NCBI GenBank assembly: GCA_965218425.1
Contig: OZ244621.1
Span: forward strand, 3,744,001-3,808,000
Length of the DNA stretch: 64,000 nucleotides
Reading direction: 5' to 3'
Source: an uncultured Candidatus Binatia bacterium
Lineage (GTDB): Bacteria; Desulfobacterota; Binatia; UBA9968; CAXXLF01
Made by a program: the position numbers and the translations under genes. The notes beneath the pieces were generated by a model. That model worked only from the letters and a program-made list of their open reading frames with translations. It was not told the DNA's origin and searched no databases. Of this stretch, positions 29,801 through 39,984 are shown in pieces; position 1 is the first letter of the stretch; every line of letters begins with the position of its first letter.

Positions 29801-31103
29801 ATGCATTCCATCTTAGCCTCTGTCAGTGCCAGGGTACGAGTGTTCAGCGCCCTGCGCTACCGGAACTTTCGCCTCTATTGAATCGGCCAATTGGTGACGG
29901 TCTCGGGGCTCCAAATGATTATCCTGGCTGAGGGCTGGCTCATTTGGATGTTACGAGGATCAGAATTTCTATTGGGGGCCGTGGGTGGGATCAGGGCGGT
30001 GCCGGCGGTCTTGCTGAGTCTCTTCGGTGGAGCCGTTGCGGACAAGGTGGAACTGAGGCGTTTCCTTATACTGATTGAATCCGTTGCCGCCATTGCCCTC
30101 TTTATACTTGCCGCCCTCACGGTGGCAGGCCTGGTGGAGATTTGGCACATCTTTGCCGTGGCCTTCACCTTTGGAATCATTCAGGCCTTTGATCAGCCGG
30201 GCCGGCATGCACTCTTCCCACACCTCTTGGATCGACGGGAACTTATGAATGCCGTGAGCCTGAACTCCACCATATGGCCGGTTACGAAAGTCTTTGGGCC
30301 TGCCCTTGGGGGTTACATTATTGCAGCCCTCGGTGGGGTGTTCCATTCCCCCTTGGTGGGAGCGGGGACAGTCTTTTGTCTTGCGCATCCCGGCCTTCCA
30401 GCGTTCCGCGGGACGCAACATTCTTTCAGAAATCGGTGACGATTTGAAATTTGCCTGGAGTCACAGTCCGTTCAATTTTCTGATCGTTATTAACTTTTTG
30501 GGTATTTTTCTTGTATCCACCCATTCAACCCTTTTACCGGTTTTTTCCAGTGATGTCCTCAAGGGGGATGCTTCCACTCTGGGGACTCTTCACGCGGCAG
30601 GTGGAATCGGCAGCCTGGTGGGAGCCCTCATTGCCGCAAACCTGGGGAGTTTCAAGGGAAGAGGATGGTTAATCGTGGGAGGGCTGGCTACCCAGGCCTT
30701 GTTTGTGACCCTTTTTGGGTTTTCCCGTATCCTTAGCCTTTCACTCCTGTTACAGCTTCTTGCGGGCATGAGCCATGCCCTGTTCATGGTGGCCGCGCAA
30801 AGCACAGTGCAATCCCAGGTTCCAGATCACCTCCGGGGTAGGATGATAGCCATCTGGGGGATGAACTATGATGTGGTCTTTCCCCTGGGCCAAATACAGA
30901 TGGGGGCCACGGCGAGCTTTTCCCGTTACTATCTGTCCGGTGCGTTGGGCCGGTATGCAGGCGCCCCTTTTACCGTGATTCTGGGAGGGGTGATCATGCT
31001 GGCGGTTTCATTGCTGGGAATAGGCAGGATTCGCGAGTTGGGCCCCGTTGAGTTTGGGCCGACAACAGGGATCCATGGAAAGGAAATTCAAACTGACCGT
31101 TAA
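29801..31103 (+). pseudogene. MFS transporter (MFS_3/DUF894-like) pseudogene
   Basis: FSALRYRNFRLY*IGQ has an in-frame TGA at 29879; frameshift or deletion near 30380; homology continues in a second frame to about 31040. Confidence 0.85.
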
Positions 31104-31182
31104 AAATAAGGGTAAAGCTCGTATCGCTTTGCCCTTGATCTATAGCTTGGGTTTCTTTGAAAGGATTGTGCCACAAACGCTT

Positions 31183-31575
31183 TTATCTCTCCGCCCGTCT
31201 TGTGCGTACGTTTGGAGGAACCGGTTTCCGTGTTTTATAGTCGATGGTTTTTACGTCCTCCGTGCTTCCGGACCGATTCCCCATCATCACCATGGGACCT
31301 GTGCCACTGTTTTCCAACTGGTAAAAGGATCCCCCCGTGATCAGGGCGGCCATACGGGGTTTAAGGACTTTCTTGGTGCCATCCGGAAAGTGCATGGTGC
31401 ACTCCCCATCGATTGCGTAGAAGGTTTGGTCTGCGTTGTGACAGTGCATGTCGTCGACGTCACCCGGATTGGGATAGTAGTGGAACCATGCATGGAAGCG
31501 GGGAGTGTTTATAATAACTTTTCGCTTCTTGTGGTTTTTGGCCAAATCGTCCATATCAACCATTTCAATGCTCAT
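31183..31575 (-). CDS. Cupin domain protein
   Basis: MHCHNADQTFYAIDG cupin motif; GGAGG RBS. Confidence 0.85.
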   Translation of the reverse strand: MSIEMVDMDDLAKNHKKRKVIINTPRFHAWFHYYPNPGDVDDMHCHNADQTFYAIDGECTMHFPDGTKKVLKPRMAALITGGSFYQLENSGTGPMVMMGNRSGSTEDVKTIDYKTRKPVPPNVRTRRAER

Positions 31576-31861
31576 GGATGTGACCTCCCTCTCTGCAAAA
31601 GAATAACTAAGCGCTATCCCCCTCACTTTTACCACCGTCCCATCTTCCTAGTCGATGGATTCTAAACTCTGGACTCCCGCAACTAGCCGTCTAAGGGCTA
31701 CGAACGGCATCTTTACTTTCCTTGACAATCTCACAAGATTAATGCGAGAAGCGGAAGTCTCCGTATCGTGTAGGACTGACCTGTGACGAATCCTTGACTC
31801 TGGGTGGAAGTGAGCCGCCCTCAGCCCTATTGAATGAAATCTGAAATGATGGAGGAATAAA

Positions 31862-33490
31862 ATGAGTTACTACCACGATTTTAGGGATTATCTGAAAAAA
31901 CTTGAGGAAGTGGGCAAACTACGAACCATTTCCACTGCCATCGATAAAGATCGTGAACTTCACCCCCTGGTGAAGTGGCAGTATCGAGGCATTGAAGAAA
32001 CGGACCGATTCGGGTTCCTGTTTGATAAAGTCGTTGATCGCAAGGGAAGGGCATATAAGGGCAAAGTGGCCTCTTCCGTGGTCACCCCAAACCGGGAGGT
32101 CTACGCCTTGGCCATGGGCTGCCCTTTGAGCGAGGTTCACGATCGCTGGCACCATGCCATTGGTCACCCCATTCCAACCCGATCAGTCACGACGGGTCCA
32201 GTCAAAGAGGAGATCCACCGGGGCGACGCTCTTATGGAACACGGTGGAATAAGAGAGTTTCCCATCCCCATCGCTACCAACGGCTGGGAGGCCTTCCCTC
32301 GTATCACCGCTGGGGGATTCATTACCCGGGACCCCGAGACGGGTGTCATGAACGCGGGCATGTACAATAGCCTTGCTCTAGGACCAGCAAGGGCAAATGT
32401 CCGGACCGCACGTCATTTGCGTCTTCACTGGAACAAGGCCCGTCGAAAAGGCGTCCCGCTGGAAGTGGCACTGGTCGTTGGGGCCGTACCGGTCGTCTCA
32501 TTGGTAACCGCCACGGATATCCCCCATGGAACCTATGAATTGGATGTGGCGGGGGGCCTCATTGGTGAGCCCATAGAAGTGGTTCCCTGTGAGACCGTGA
32601 ACCTTGAGGTTCCTGCAACCGCTGAGATCGTCATCGAAGGTGAGATTCCCACGGATCGGATGGATATTGATGGCCCCAGTGGTGAAAATCGTGGTCATGT
32701 GATGCCAGGGGGCCTCGTCCATGCCTTTGAGATCAAGTGTATCACCCATCGAAGGGATCCCATTTGGCATGACGTTATCTGCCAGTTCCCCCCCAGTGAA
32801 TCCAGCATGATGCGAATCGTCAACTGTGAAGGCCGTGTTTTATCCGTATTGAAGTCCCATGGCATTCCCCACATCAAAGATGCGGCCTTTCACCATTGCG
32901 GCAGCGCTAGACATCTCTGTGTGATCCGTTTCCGCAACATTGACACCGCCCCGGTGCGGAACGCCGAAGTCTGGCAGGCCCTTTACACGGTCATGTCCGT
33001 TGACTCCGGCTGGCCGAAGATCGCTATTGCCGTGGATGAAGATATCGATCCCTGGGACCTGGAGTCAGTTTTCTGGGCCGTCTGTAACCGCTATCAGCCC
33101 CACCGGGACATGAAGGTCCTGCAGGGGAGAAGTGCAGGCTTGGACGAATCCGTGGCGCCACGAGAGCAGGCGTCTCCATCGCGCGGTTACCCGGTTTCCA
33201 TGACCGGTCCTCAAGGTGCCTCCATCATGTTAATGGACGCCACCCGGAAATGGGCCAATGCCCCCATCTCGTTGCCAAAAAAGGAATACATGGAACATGC
33301 TCGGGAGCTCTGGAATCAATGCAACCTGCCGCCCCTGAAACCAAGGGAGCCATGGCATGGAGTATCGCTCGGTTTTTGGCCCGACGAGGAGCAGGCCCTG
33401 GTCAGCCTTGCGGAACAGGGTCGTGAGGACGAGGCCGCTGAGCTCTTGTTGAGTAAACAACCCAAGTTGGCCAAACCCGGTGACGAGTGA
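31862..33490 (+). CDS. UbiD family protein (long type, non-canonical active site)
   Basis: DFRDYL..LE, LVKWQYRG, TRDPETG, EIVIEG, VDEDIDP; NAGMYN and DGPSGE replace NxGxYR and EGPFGE. Confidence 0.9.
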   Translation: MSYYHDFRDYLKKLEEVGKLRTISTAIDKDRELHPLVKWQYRGIEETDRFGFLFDKVVDRKGRAYKGKVASSVVTPNREVYALAMGCPLSEVHDRWHHAIGHPIPTRSVTTGPVKEEIHRGDALMEHGGIREFPIPIATNGWEAFPRITAGGFITRDPETGVMNAGMYNSLALGPARANVRTARHLRLHWNKARRKGVPLEVALVVGAVPVVSLVTATDIPHGTYELDVAGGLIGEPIEVVPCETVNLEVPATAEIVIEGEIPTDRMDIDGPSGENRGHVMPGGLVHAFEIKCITHRRDPIWHDVICQFPPSESSMMRIVNCEGRVLSVLKSHGIPHIKDAAFHHCGSARHLCVIRFRNIDTAPVRNAEVWQALYTVMSVDSGWPKIAIAVDEDIDPWDLESVFWAVCNRYQPHRDMKVLQGRSAGLDESVAPREQASPSRGYPVSMTGPQGASIMLMDATRKWANAPISLPKKEYMEHARELWNQCNLPPLKPREPWHGVSLGFWPDEEQALVSLAEQGREDEAAELLLSKQPKLAKPGDE

Positions 33491-33555
33491 GTCAGTTGCA
33501 CGGGTATTGGGGAATTGCTATGAGATGCTAATTCATCATCGAGGAGGATTATAAG

Positions 33556-34413
33556 ATGTCGTCGGCTTACCGTTCATGGTTCGTAAAATATAACGGGATC
33601 AAGACCCATTTCGTGGAAGCAGGAGAAGGGGACCCGGTGGTGCTGGTCCATGGCGGGGGACCGGGGGCATGTGGGGAGCACAATTGGTCAAATAACATCC
33701 CGGCCCTAGCGAAGCATTTTCATGTCTTTGCCATCGATCTCATCGGCTACGGTTTAACGGATAAACCATCCATTGACTATACTTACCAAGCCAAGGTGGC
33801 ACATGTGGCGGGCTTTATTGATGCCCTTGGTTTGGAGCAAACCCATTTGGGAGGAAACTCCATGGGTTCCTATATCGCAGTACGGTACGCGTTGGATAAC
33901 CCCGACCGGACGAAGAACGTGCTCATGGTGGCAACGGCAACTGTTGCAAACGCAATGGGGGTAGGCCAGGTGAGCCAGCAGGGCACCACCGTAAGGCAGG
34001 CTGTGGGGGACGAGGTTAACGAACAGACCATGCGCGACTGGCTGGGGATGCTGCTCAACAATAAGGAAAGAATTACCGATCAGTTGGTAAAACGGCGAGT
34101 TGAATATGGGAACCTTCCCGGAGCCATAGAGGCCCAGAAGTCCTACCGGAATCATAGCAATCGAATCAAGAAGGATCCCAATCTCCACCAGTACTTTGAC
34201 ATCAGTCATCGTTTGCCGAGGGTAACTTTTCCCCTCGCGTTAGTGTGGGGAAAGAACGACCGTTTTGCCCCCATTGAATTGGCGACGAATCTCCAAAAGG
34301 TTCTGCCCAACCTGAAAGAGTTTCATCTGGTTGAAGGTTCGGGGCATCAGGTCCAAAATGATCAACCGGATAAATTCAACGAGATCGCGATTAATTTTTT
34401 ATCGAACAAATAG
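33556..34413 (+). CDS. Alpha/beta hydrolase, meta-cleavage product C-C hydrolase-like (BphD/CarC/MhpC family)
   Basis: LVHGGGPGA..NW, GNSMG nucleophile elbow, WGKND, GHQVQ. Confidence 0.85.
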   Translation: MSSAYRSWFVKYNGIKTHFVEAGEGDPVVLVHGGGPGACGEHNWSNNIPALAKHFHVFAIDLIGYGLTDKPSIDYTYQAKVAHVAGFIDALGLEQTHLGGNSMGSYIAVRYALDNPDRTKNVLMVATATVANAMGVGQVSQQGTTVRQAVGDEVNEQTMRDWLGMLLNNKERITDQLVKRRVEYGNLPGAIEAQKSYRNHSNRIKKDPNLHQYFDISHRLPRVTFPLALVWGKNDRFAPIELATNLQKVLPNLKEFHLVEGSGHQVQNDQPDKFNEIAINFLSNK

Positions 34414-34463
34414 CGTTTAATTGCGCATTGCGGACACTCAAATGTTTGCAGTCAGGAGGAACT

Positions 34464-34850
34464 ATGGCAAGGCGAAAACTCGTTGAGATTAAGGGTCATC
34501 CTGGGCACCGAAACCCCATACCGGTGTGCGTGACTCTGGGGGATCTGATTCTTCCGTCCGTTATCGGTGGGAACGACCCGCACGCCGGATCCACATCGCC
34601 GGATCCACAAAAACAGATAGAACAGGCGTTTCGTAACATGAAGGAGATCGTGGAGGCCGCAGGGGGGACCACGGATGGCATCGGTAAGATAATCTTCTAT
34701 CTCCAGGACATGAAATACCGCGAGTCCGTCAATATTGAGTGGTTGAAGATGTTTCCCAAGGATGACGATCGACCGGCCCGGCATGTGATCAAGGCCGAGC
34801 ATCTCACCGGTAATACAGTGATACAGATGGATGTCATCGCGTCTCGCTAA
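34464..34850 (+). CDS. RidA/YjgF family protein
   Basis: NPIP, AFRNM..IVEAAGG, W..MFP..RPARH. Confidence 0.88.
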   Translation: MARRKLVEIKGHPGHRNPIPVCVTLGDLILPSVIGGNDPHAGSTSPDPQKQIEQAFRNMKEIVEAAGGTTDGIGKIIFYLQDMKYRESVNIEWLKMFPKDDDRPARHVIKAEHLTGNTVIQMDVIASR

Positions 34851-35033
34851 TGGGTCGGTTCTCGCAACTCGGCTTCTGGCCGATGGCAATTTGGAAATGG
34901 AATTTTTAAAGACCACCATGGTCCGGAAGAAACATCAGGCGGCCCGTTTTAGGCATACGGGGGCTGGCCCGGTAGGAAATCGTAGGTTTGGCTTCTCACA
35001 GGAATGTAGAGCCAAAGTTTTAAGAGGAACAGC

Positions 35034-35879
35034 ATGAAGATTGTTGTCACGGGCGGGTCCGGAAAAGTTGGAAAATACGTCGTCACGGAGTTGGTGGAGG
35101 CAAAGCACGAGATCACCATCTTTGACCCCTTTCCCCCTTCTCAATTGGAAGGGGTCCGGTGGGTGAAGGGGGACCTTCAAGACCTGGGTCAGGTGATTAG
35201 CGGCTTTGCAGCAGGTATGGAAGCCGTAATTCATCTGGCTGCCTATCCCATTCCTTACCGAGAAATTCCGGACCATGTGCTCTTCTCCAACAATACCCTG
35301 GCAACCTACAACGTGCATGAGGCCGCCTTTCGGTTAGGTATATCTAAGGTGGTTTCAATGAGTAGCGGGGCCATTGTTGGATGGGCCTATGGCAGCCGGG
35401 ATTTCCGCCCGGAATATTTACCCGTGGACGAAAACCATCCTCTTTCCCCGCAGGATCCCTATGGGCTGTCCAAGCTCTGCGGAGAGCATATTGCTCGATC
35501 CTTTACACTCAAATGTGACATGGACACGATTGCGCTCAGGCCCGCCTGGGTACTATTCCCTGAAATGGTGGAATTTCTTAGGCGCCAAGGGGGCAGAAAA
35601 CCTACAAAGTTCGACGTCTTTACCTACATCGATCCACGGGACCTGGCCAGGGCCACCAAACAGGCGGTGGAGTTGTCAGGGGTTGGTCACGAAGCATTTT
35701 ATATTGTAGCCGATGACAGCACCGCCAGCGAGCCCTTGTGTGATCTCCTGCCGCGCTTAATGCCGGGACTGGGAGATATGGCACAGTCCTTGGCGGGCCA
35801 ACGCGCCGGCATATCCAATGAGAAGGCGAAACGTGGACTCCGTTGGCAACCTCGCCATTCCTGGAGGACGCCGGCGTGA
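35034..35879 (+). CDS. NAD-dependent epimerase/dehydratase (extended SDR)
   Basis: TGGSGKVG, VIHLAA, YGLSK. Confidence 0.92.
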   Translation: MKIVVTGGSGKVGKYVVTELVEAKHEITIFDPFPPSQLEGVRWVKGDLQDLGQVISGFAAGMEAVIHLAAYPIPYREIPDHVLFSNNTLATYNVHEAAFRLGISKVVSMSSGAIVGWAYGSRDFRPEYLPVDENHPLSPQDPYGLSKLCGEHIARSFTLKCDMDTIALRPAWVLFPEMVEFLRRQGGRKPTKFDVFTYIDPRDLARATKQAVELSGVGHEAFYIVADDSTASEPLCDLLPRLMPGLGDMAQSLAGQRAGISNEKAKRGLRWQPRHSWRTPA

Positions 35880-35932
35880 AGATCCCACCCTACCAATCTT
35901 AAATTTGCAGGTTAAAAGACTTTCCAACCGGA

Positions 35933-37087
35933 TCAGGATACTTTCTGATAGGCTTGGTCCGCCTGGTTTACCGTATTGCGATCCGGGGAATCAATGTCCG
36001 ATGGTTGAGCTTTCCGAGCGGTTTTGGCGGCAAATTTACGCCAAACAACGATACCGGTGTCAATGGAAGAGAGACTTTCAGAACTATAATCTTGAGACTC
36101 TATCAATCGTTTGTCCTGTCGTAAAAACGGAACTTGCAGCGGTTGCATCGCCAGGTGCCACCATAGTTTGAGACCAAGTTTGCGAATTTGTGATTTCGGG
36201 TGTGTGACAATAAAACCCACATATCGGGTTTGATGGGTGTCTATGGGTACCGGCCAGCCCACGTTGACGTGATCCACGCCAAAGTAGGGGTCCCGCATAC
36301 AGAGGATGAGGTAGCCGGGCATGCGAAGCTCCGCCGAAGGAGTGGGGCCTCTCATGCCGGAAATTGCACGCCACCAAAGGCTACGTGGGAATTTACCCAG
36401 GCCCGGATAATCGGACTGAAGCCCTCCACCAATGGCCCGTAAATTGAAGCCCTTGCCGTCCGGCAGGGGCTGTACGGACATCTTAGCCCAAGCCGCCACC
36501 TTGCGAAACAGCATCCTTAGGGATGTCCTGTGAACGAAGGGGGCGTGACACATATCCGCATAATTGTCTGTTATGTGGCGCCAGTTACACTCCCATTGCC
36601 AGACGATGATTTGCGAGAAGGCATTGGGTTCTAGCATGGATGGGGGTAAGTCCTCATCCAAGGGAGGGGCAATCCCTTCACCCATATAGGCCCAAACCAA
36701 TCCGTGACGTTCATCCGTTTGGTATGCTCTGACCCGAACCTTTCCCGGCAATTGAGAGTCCGGGCCCTCCACAATGGCGGCTACGCAATTCCCATCCGCA
36801 TTGTAAGTCCAACCGTGATAGCCGCAACTGATGGTTCCCGGAAAAAGAATGCGCCCGCGCGACAGCATCGTACCACGGTGGGGGCAGCGGTCCTCCAGGG
36901 CTGCGACCTTTCCCCCTTCCGTACGAAACAACACGATATCCTCACCGAGGACTCGAATGGGGAAAGGCCGTTTCCCCACCTTCCTCGATGGAGTTATGGG
37001 GTACCAATAGTTCTTAAAACCAAGTTCGGGAAGAGAGTCCCATGGCGCCTGCGGATCGCTGGTTTCTTTTTCGATATCCTTTTCCAT
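35933..37087 (-). CDS. Rieske aromatic ring-hydroxylating oxygenase (CarAa/OxoO-like alpha subunit)
   Basis: LGFKNYWYP, CPH..CGYH, DMCHAPFVH, QDKRLIESQ. Confidence 0.9.
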   Translation of the reverse strand: MEKDIEKETSDPQAPWDSLPELGFKNYWYPITPSRKVGKRPFPIRVLGEDIVLFRTEGGKVAALEDRCPHRGTMLSRGRILFPGTISCGYHGWTYNADGNCVAAIVEGPDSQLPGKVRVRAYQTDERHGLVWAYMGEGIAPPLDEDLPPSMLEPNAFSQIIVWQWECNWRHITDNYADMCHAPFVHRTSLRMLFRKVAAWAKMSVQPLPDGKGFNLRAIGGGLQSDYPGLGKFPRSLWWRAISGMRGPTPSAELRMPGYLILCMRDPYFGVDHVNVGWPVPIDTHQTRYVGFIVTHPKSQIRKLGLKLWWHLAMQPLQVPFLRQDKRLIESQDYSSESLSSIDTGIVVWRKFAAKTARKAQPSDIDSPDRNTVNQADQAYQKVS

Positions 37088-37484
37088 GGACCTCTCCTCA
37101 GTGGTACCAAATTTCGGGGCGGTGTTGAAAGCCTCAACCTCTATACCTGTGTCCTATTCATACCCATAGATCGTGCTCAATTCGCATCGAAAATGGAGGC
37201 ATTTCGCTTCGCCTCCTCCTATACGAGGCCTAGCCAATACTGTAGATAGTCTCGCAATTTATCCCTTGAAGCGCAACCCCTTGATTGCCGCTATATTGGT
37301 TTCTGGCGCAGGGTGTTCGAAGCTTGCGTCCAATTTAAACTGCAACGCCTCTCAGAGTGTCCTGTGAGTGTTTGACATTGACAGAAAACAGCGGATCTAA
37401 TATCTTGCTGGAATTCTGAGCATTTTTGCCAGTAGCAACCCGTTATGGGTGTTGATTAACTCGGCAGTTGTACTTGATAAGAAT

Positions 37485-38600
37485 ATGGATAAGATCCCTC
37501 TTCATGCAAGAGGTTTGGTCAAACGATTCGGCTCTGTGACGGCCGTTGATGGGGTTTCTTTTACCGTGAATCAGGGTGAGCTGGTCACATTGCTTGGGCC
37601 CAGCGGCTGCGGTAAGACGACCACGTTGAGAATGGTGGCTGGATTTGAAAAACCCGATGAAGGCGAGCTCGAGATTGATGGCCGAATGGTTGTCTCCACG
37701 AGCCGGCGCATTTATGTCCCGCCAGAAAAGCGCGGCCTGGGTATGGTGTTTCAGAGCTATGCCGTGTGGCCACACATGACCGTTTTCGAGAATGTTGCGT
37801 ATCCGCTCAGTAACCGCAAAATGAAACGGCAGCAGGTTAGGGACCGCGTGCAGGAAACACTGGCCATGGTCGGTCTTGAGGGTCTTGGGGATCGTCCGGC
37901 GACGCTTCTCAGCGGCGGACAACAGCAACGCGTGGCCTTGGCCCGCTCTCTCGTATACTCCCCGAGTATCTTGCTTTTGGATGAGCCCTTTAGCAATTTG
38001 GATGCGAAGTTGCGAGACCAGATGCGGCTAGAGGTTAAACGGTTGCAGGACCGTCTATCCCTGACGGTCCTATTTGTTACCCACGACCAAACAGAGGCTT
38101 CTAGTCTCTCCAGCCGGATAGCGGTAATGCGTGACGGGCGTATCGAGCAAATGGGCCCCCCCAACGATCTCTATGAACAACCCGAAACGCTTTTTGTGGA
38201 GAGCTTTCTTGGGTCCACTATTCAACTGGAGGGCACCATAGTGACCGAAGACCAGCAGGGGCTACAAATGGAGTTGGTGGCGGGGGCCAGGCTCCAGGCG
38301 GTTTCGAGAACCTCCGTTGATAAACTGATCCCCGGGCGCAAAGTCACGGTGACCATTCGGCCGGAGGACCTTGTGATTCAACAAAACCACGGCTCCACTC
38401 AACAGAACATCCTCACTTGTCAAGTAGAATCCATCACCCGCCTTGGAAGCTCCTATGAGGTGCTGGTGCGGCTGGGTGATCAATTCCACAAGCTTGTCAT
38501 GAGCCGGGACGCAGTCCAATCCACGGGGATTGCCGGCGGTCAATCGGTACATTTGCATCTGCCCATGGAGTCCATGCGCCTTTGGCCCCGTGAGGGCTAA
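37485..38600 (+). CDS. ABC transporter ATP-binding protein (FbpC/PotA type)
   Basis: GPSGCGKT, LSGGQQQR, LLLDEP, TOBE domain. Confidence 0.95.
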   Translation: MDKIPLHARGLVKRFGSVTAVDGVSFTVNQGELVTLLGPSGCGKTTTLRMVAGFEKPDEGELEIDGRMVVSTSRRIYVPPEKRGLGMVFQSYAVWPHMTVFENVAYPLSNRKMKRQQVRDRVQETLAMVGLEGLGDRPATLLSGGQQQRVALARSLVYSPSILLLDEPFSNLDAKLRDQMRLEVKRLQDRLSLTVLFVTHDQTEASSLSSRIAVMRDGRIEQMGPPNDLYEQPETLFVESFLGSTIQLEGTIVTEDQQGLQMELVAGARLQAVSRTSVDKLIPGRKVTVTIRPEDLVIQQNHGSTQQNILTCQVESITRLGSSYEVLVRLGDQFHKLVMSRDAVQSTGIAGGQSVHLHLPMESMRLWPREG

Positions 38601-38745
38601 GAAGCGATAAATATCCTCGTTAGACCGTGGAGTTACGCAGATCATTACCTCAGATGGCTTCCTTGACAAGGTAGAGGGCATATTGTAAAAGCGTATCCCT
38701 GCTCGCGCACAAGTGGAAACAGCATCGTCACATTGGAGGGGGACA

Positions 38746-39846
38746 ATGAGAAACGTTTATTATTTGTTCGTTGTTTTAATCGGCTGGGTACTGTTCGCTT
38801 GGCCCACCGGCAGCGTTGCCGGAGAATGGGAGCAAGTTTTGGCTGGTGCCAAACGGGAAGGAAAGCTCGTCATCATGGGGCCCGGTGGGGCCTCTACACG
38901 GGTGGCTCTGACGCAAGGATTTAGAAAAAAGTACCCTTGGATAAAGGTGGATTTTAGCGGAAGCAGGGGGTCACAGATCCCTCCCAAGCTGCTCAACGAG
39001 CGTCGGGCCAATCATTATCGGGTGGACCTGGTAATCGGCGGGACGACTACGATGCTTACGGGATTGATGAGGACGAATACCCTGGACCCCGCTCGACCCT
39101 TCCTTGTGGGAGCTGACATTCAACCTTCGAAGTGGCTGGGGGGCAAGCTAGATTTCGCCGATAATGCAGGCAAGTACGCTCTGGTAATGTCATCCTATGT
39201 CAAGGCTGCAATTGCCTATAATCCACGTGTAATTTCTGAGAAAGAGGTCAAGTCCTGGAAATCTTGGAAAGACCTCCTCCGTCCAAAGTGGAAAGGGAAG
39301 ATGTCGTCCAGAGATCCAAGCAGCGCGGGAACGGGCCAGGCCATGTTCGTTTTCTGGTATAGTACCAAGGGACTTGGAACGGAGTATATCAAGCAAATAC
39401 TTGCGCAAGACCTAATTCTGTCTAACAGAGACCGCCAGCTCATCGATTGGCTTGTTCGCGGTCAGTATCCCATCTCCCTCGGCCTATCCGAACGTGCCGC
39501 ACTCCCGGTGATGAAGGCAGGCGGGCCCCTTAAGTTTTTGCAGGCGGACGAGTTAAAAGAAAGGTTTTACATCACCGCTGGTGCCGGCAGTCTGGGGGTG
39601 GTTAACAAAGCGCCTCATCCCAATGCCCTGAAGGTTTATCTCAACTACTTGCTGGGACAGGAAGGGCAACTGGCTTTCAGCCAGGCCAACGGATATCCCA
39701 GCCGGCGTGTGGATGTGTCTAGAGAGCATTTGACGGTTCGTAAGGCTCCGCAAGTGGGCGTGGATTACCAGTTGAACTACAAGGAACCGTTCGTGGATAT
39801 GAGGGGGAAGATGATCAAAGTCGTCAAACCCCTGCTGAAGCGCTAA
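38746..39846 (+). CDS. ABC substrate-binding protein (AfuA/FbpA-like family) 1
   Basis: Signal peptide; AGAKREG, SWKDLL.PKWKGK, KAPHPNA. Confidence 0.9.
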   Translation: MRNVYYLFVVLIGWVLFAWPTGSVAGEWEQVLAGAKREGKLVIMGPGGASTRVALTQGFRKKYPWIKVDFSGSRGSQIPPKLLNERRANHYRVDLVIGGTTTMLTGLMRTNTLDPARPFLVGADIQPSKWLGGKLDFADNAGKYALVMSSYVKAAIAYNPRVISEKEVKSWKSWKDLLRPKWKGKMSSRDPSSAGTGQAMFVFWYSTKGLGTEYIKQILAQDLILSNRDRQLIDWLVRGQYPISLGLSERAALPVMKAGGPLKFLQADELKERFYITAGAGSLGVVNKAPHPNALKVYLNYLLGQEGQLAFSQANGYPSRRVDVSREHLTVRKAPQVGVDYQLNYKEPFVDMRGKMIKVVKPLLKR

Positions 39847-39984
39847 GGAGGTTTTGGGGGAATCCCAAAAAGGGCATCTCTTGCTTCAACCCAAGCCGAT
39901 CCATGGTTTTGTAAGCATGGCGACTTTCATCGGTCCAATGGTAACAGCGATTGTAAATAATTAAGTCCTTGAATGATGCGGCAA

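Noticed and set aside
29879..29881. TGA at a probable Trp position, suggesting an alternative genetic code
   Set aside because: TGA ends many normal genes here (tsaD, rsmA, doxX), and the same gene also has a frameshift.
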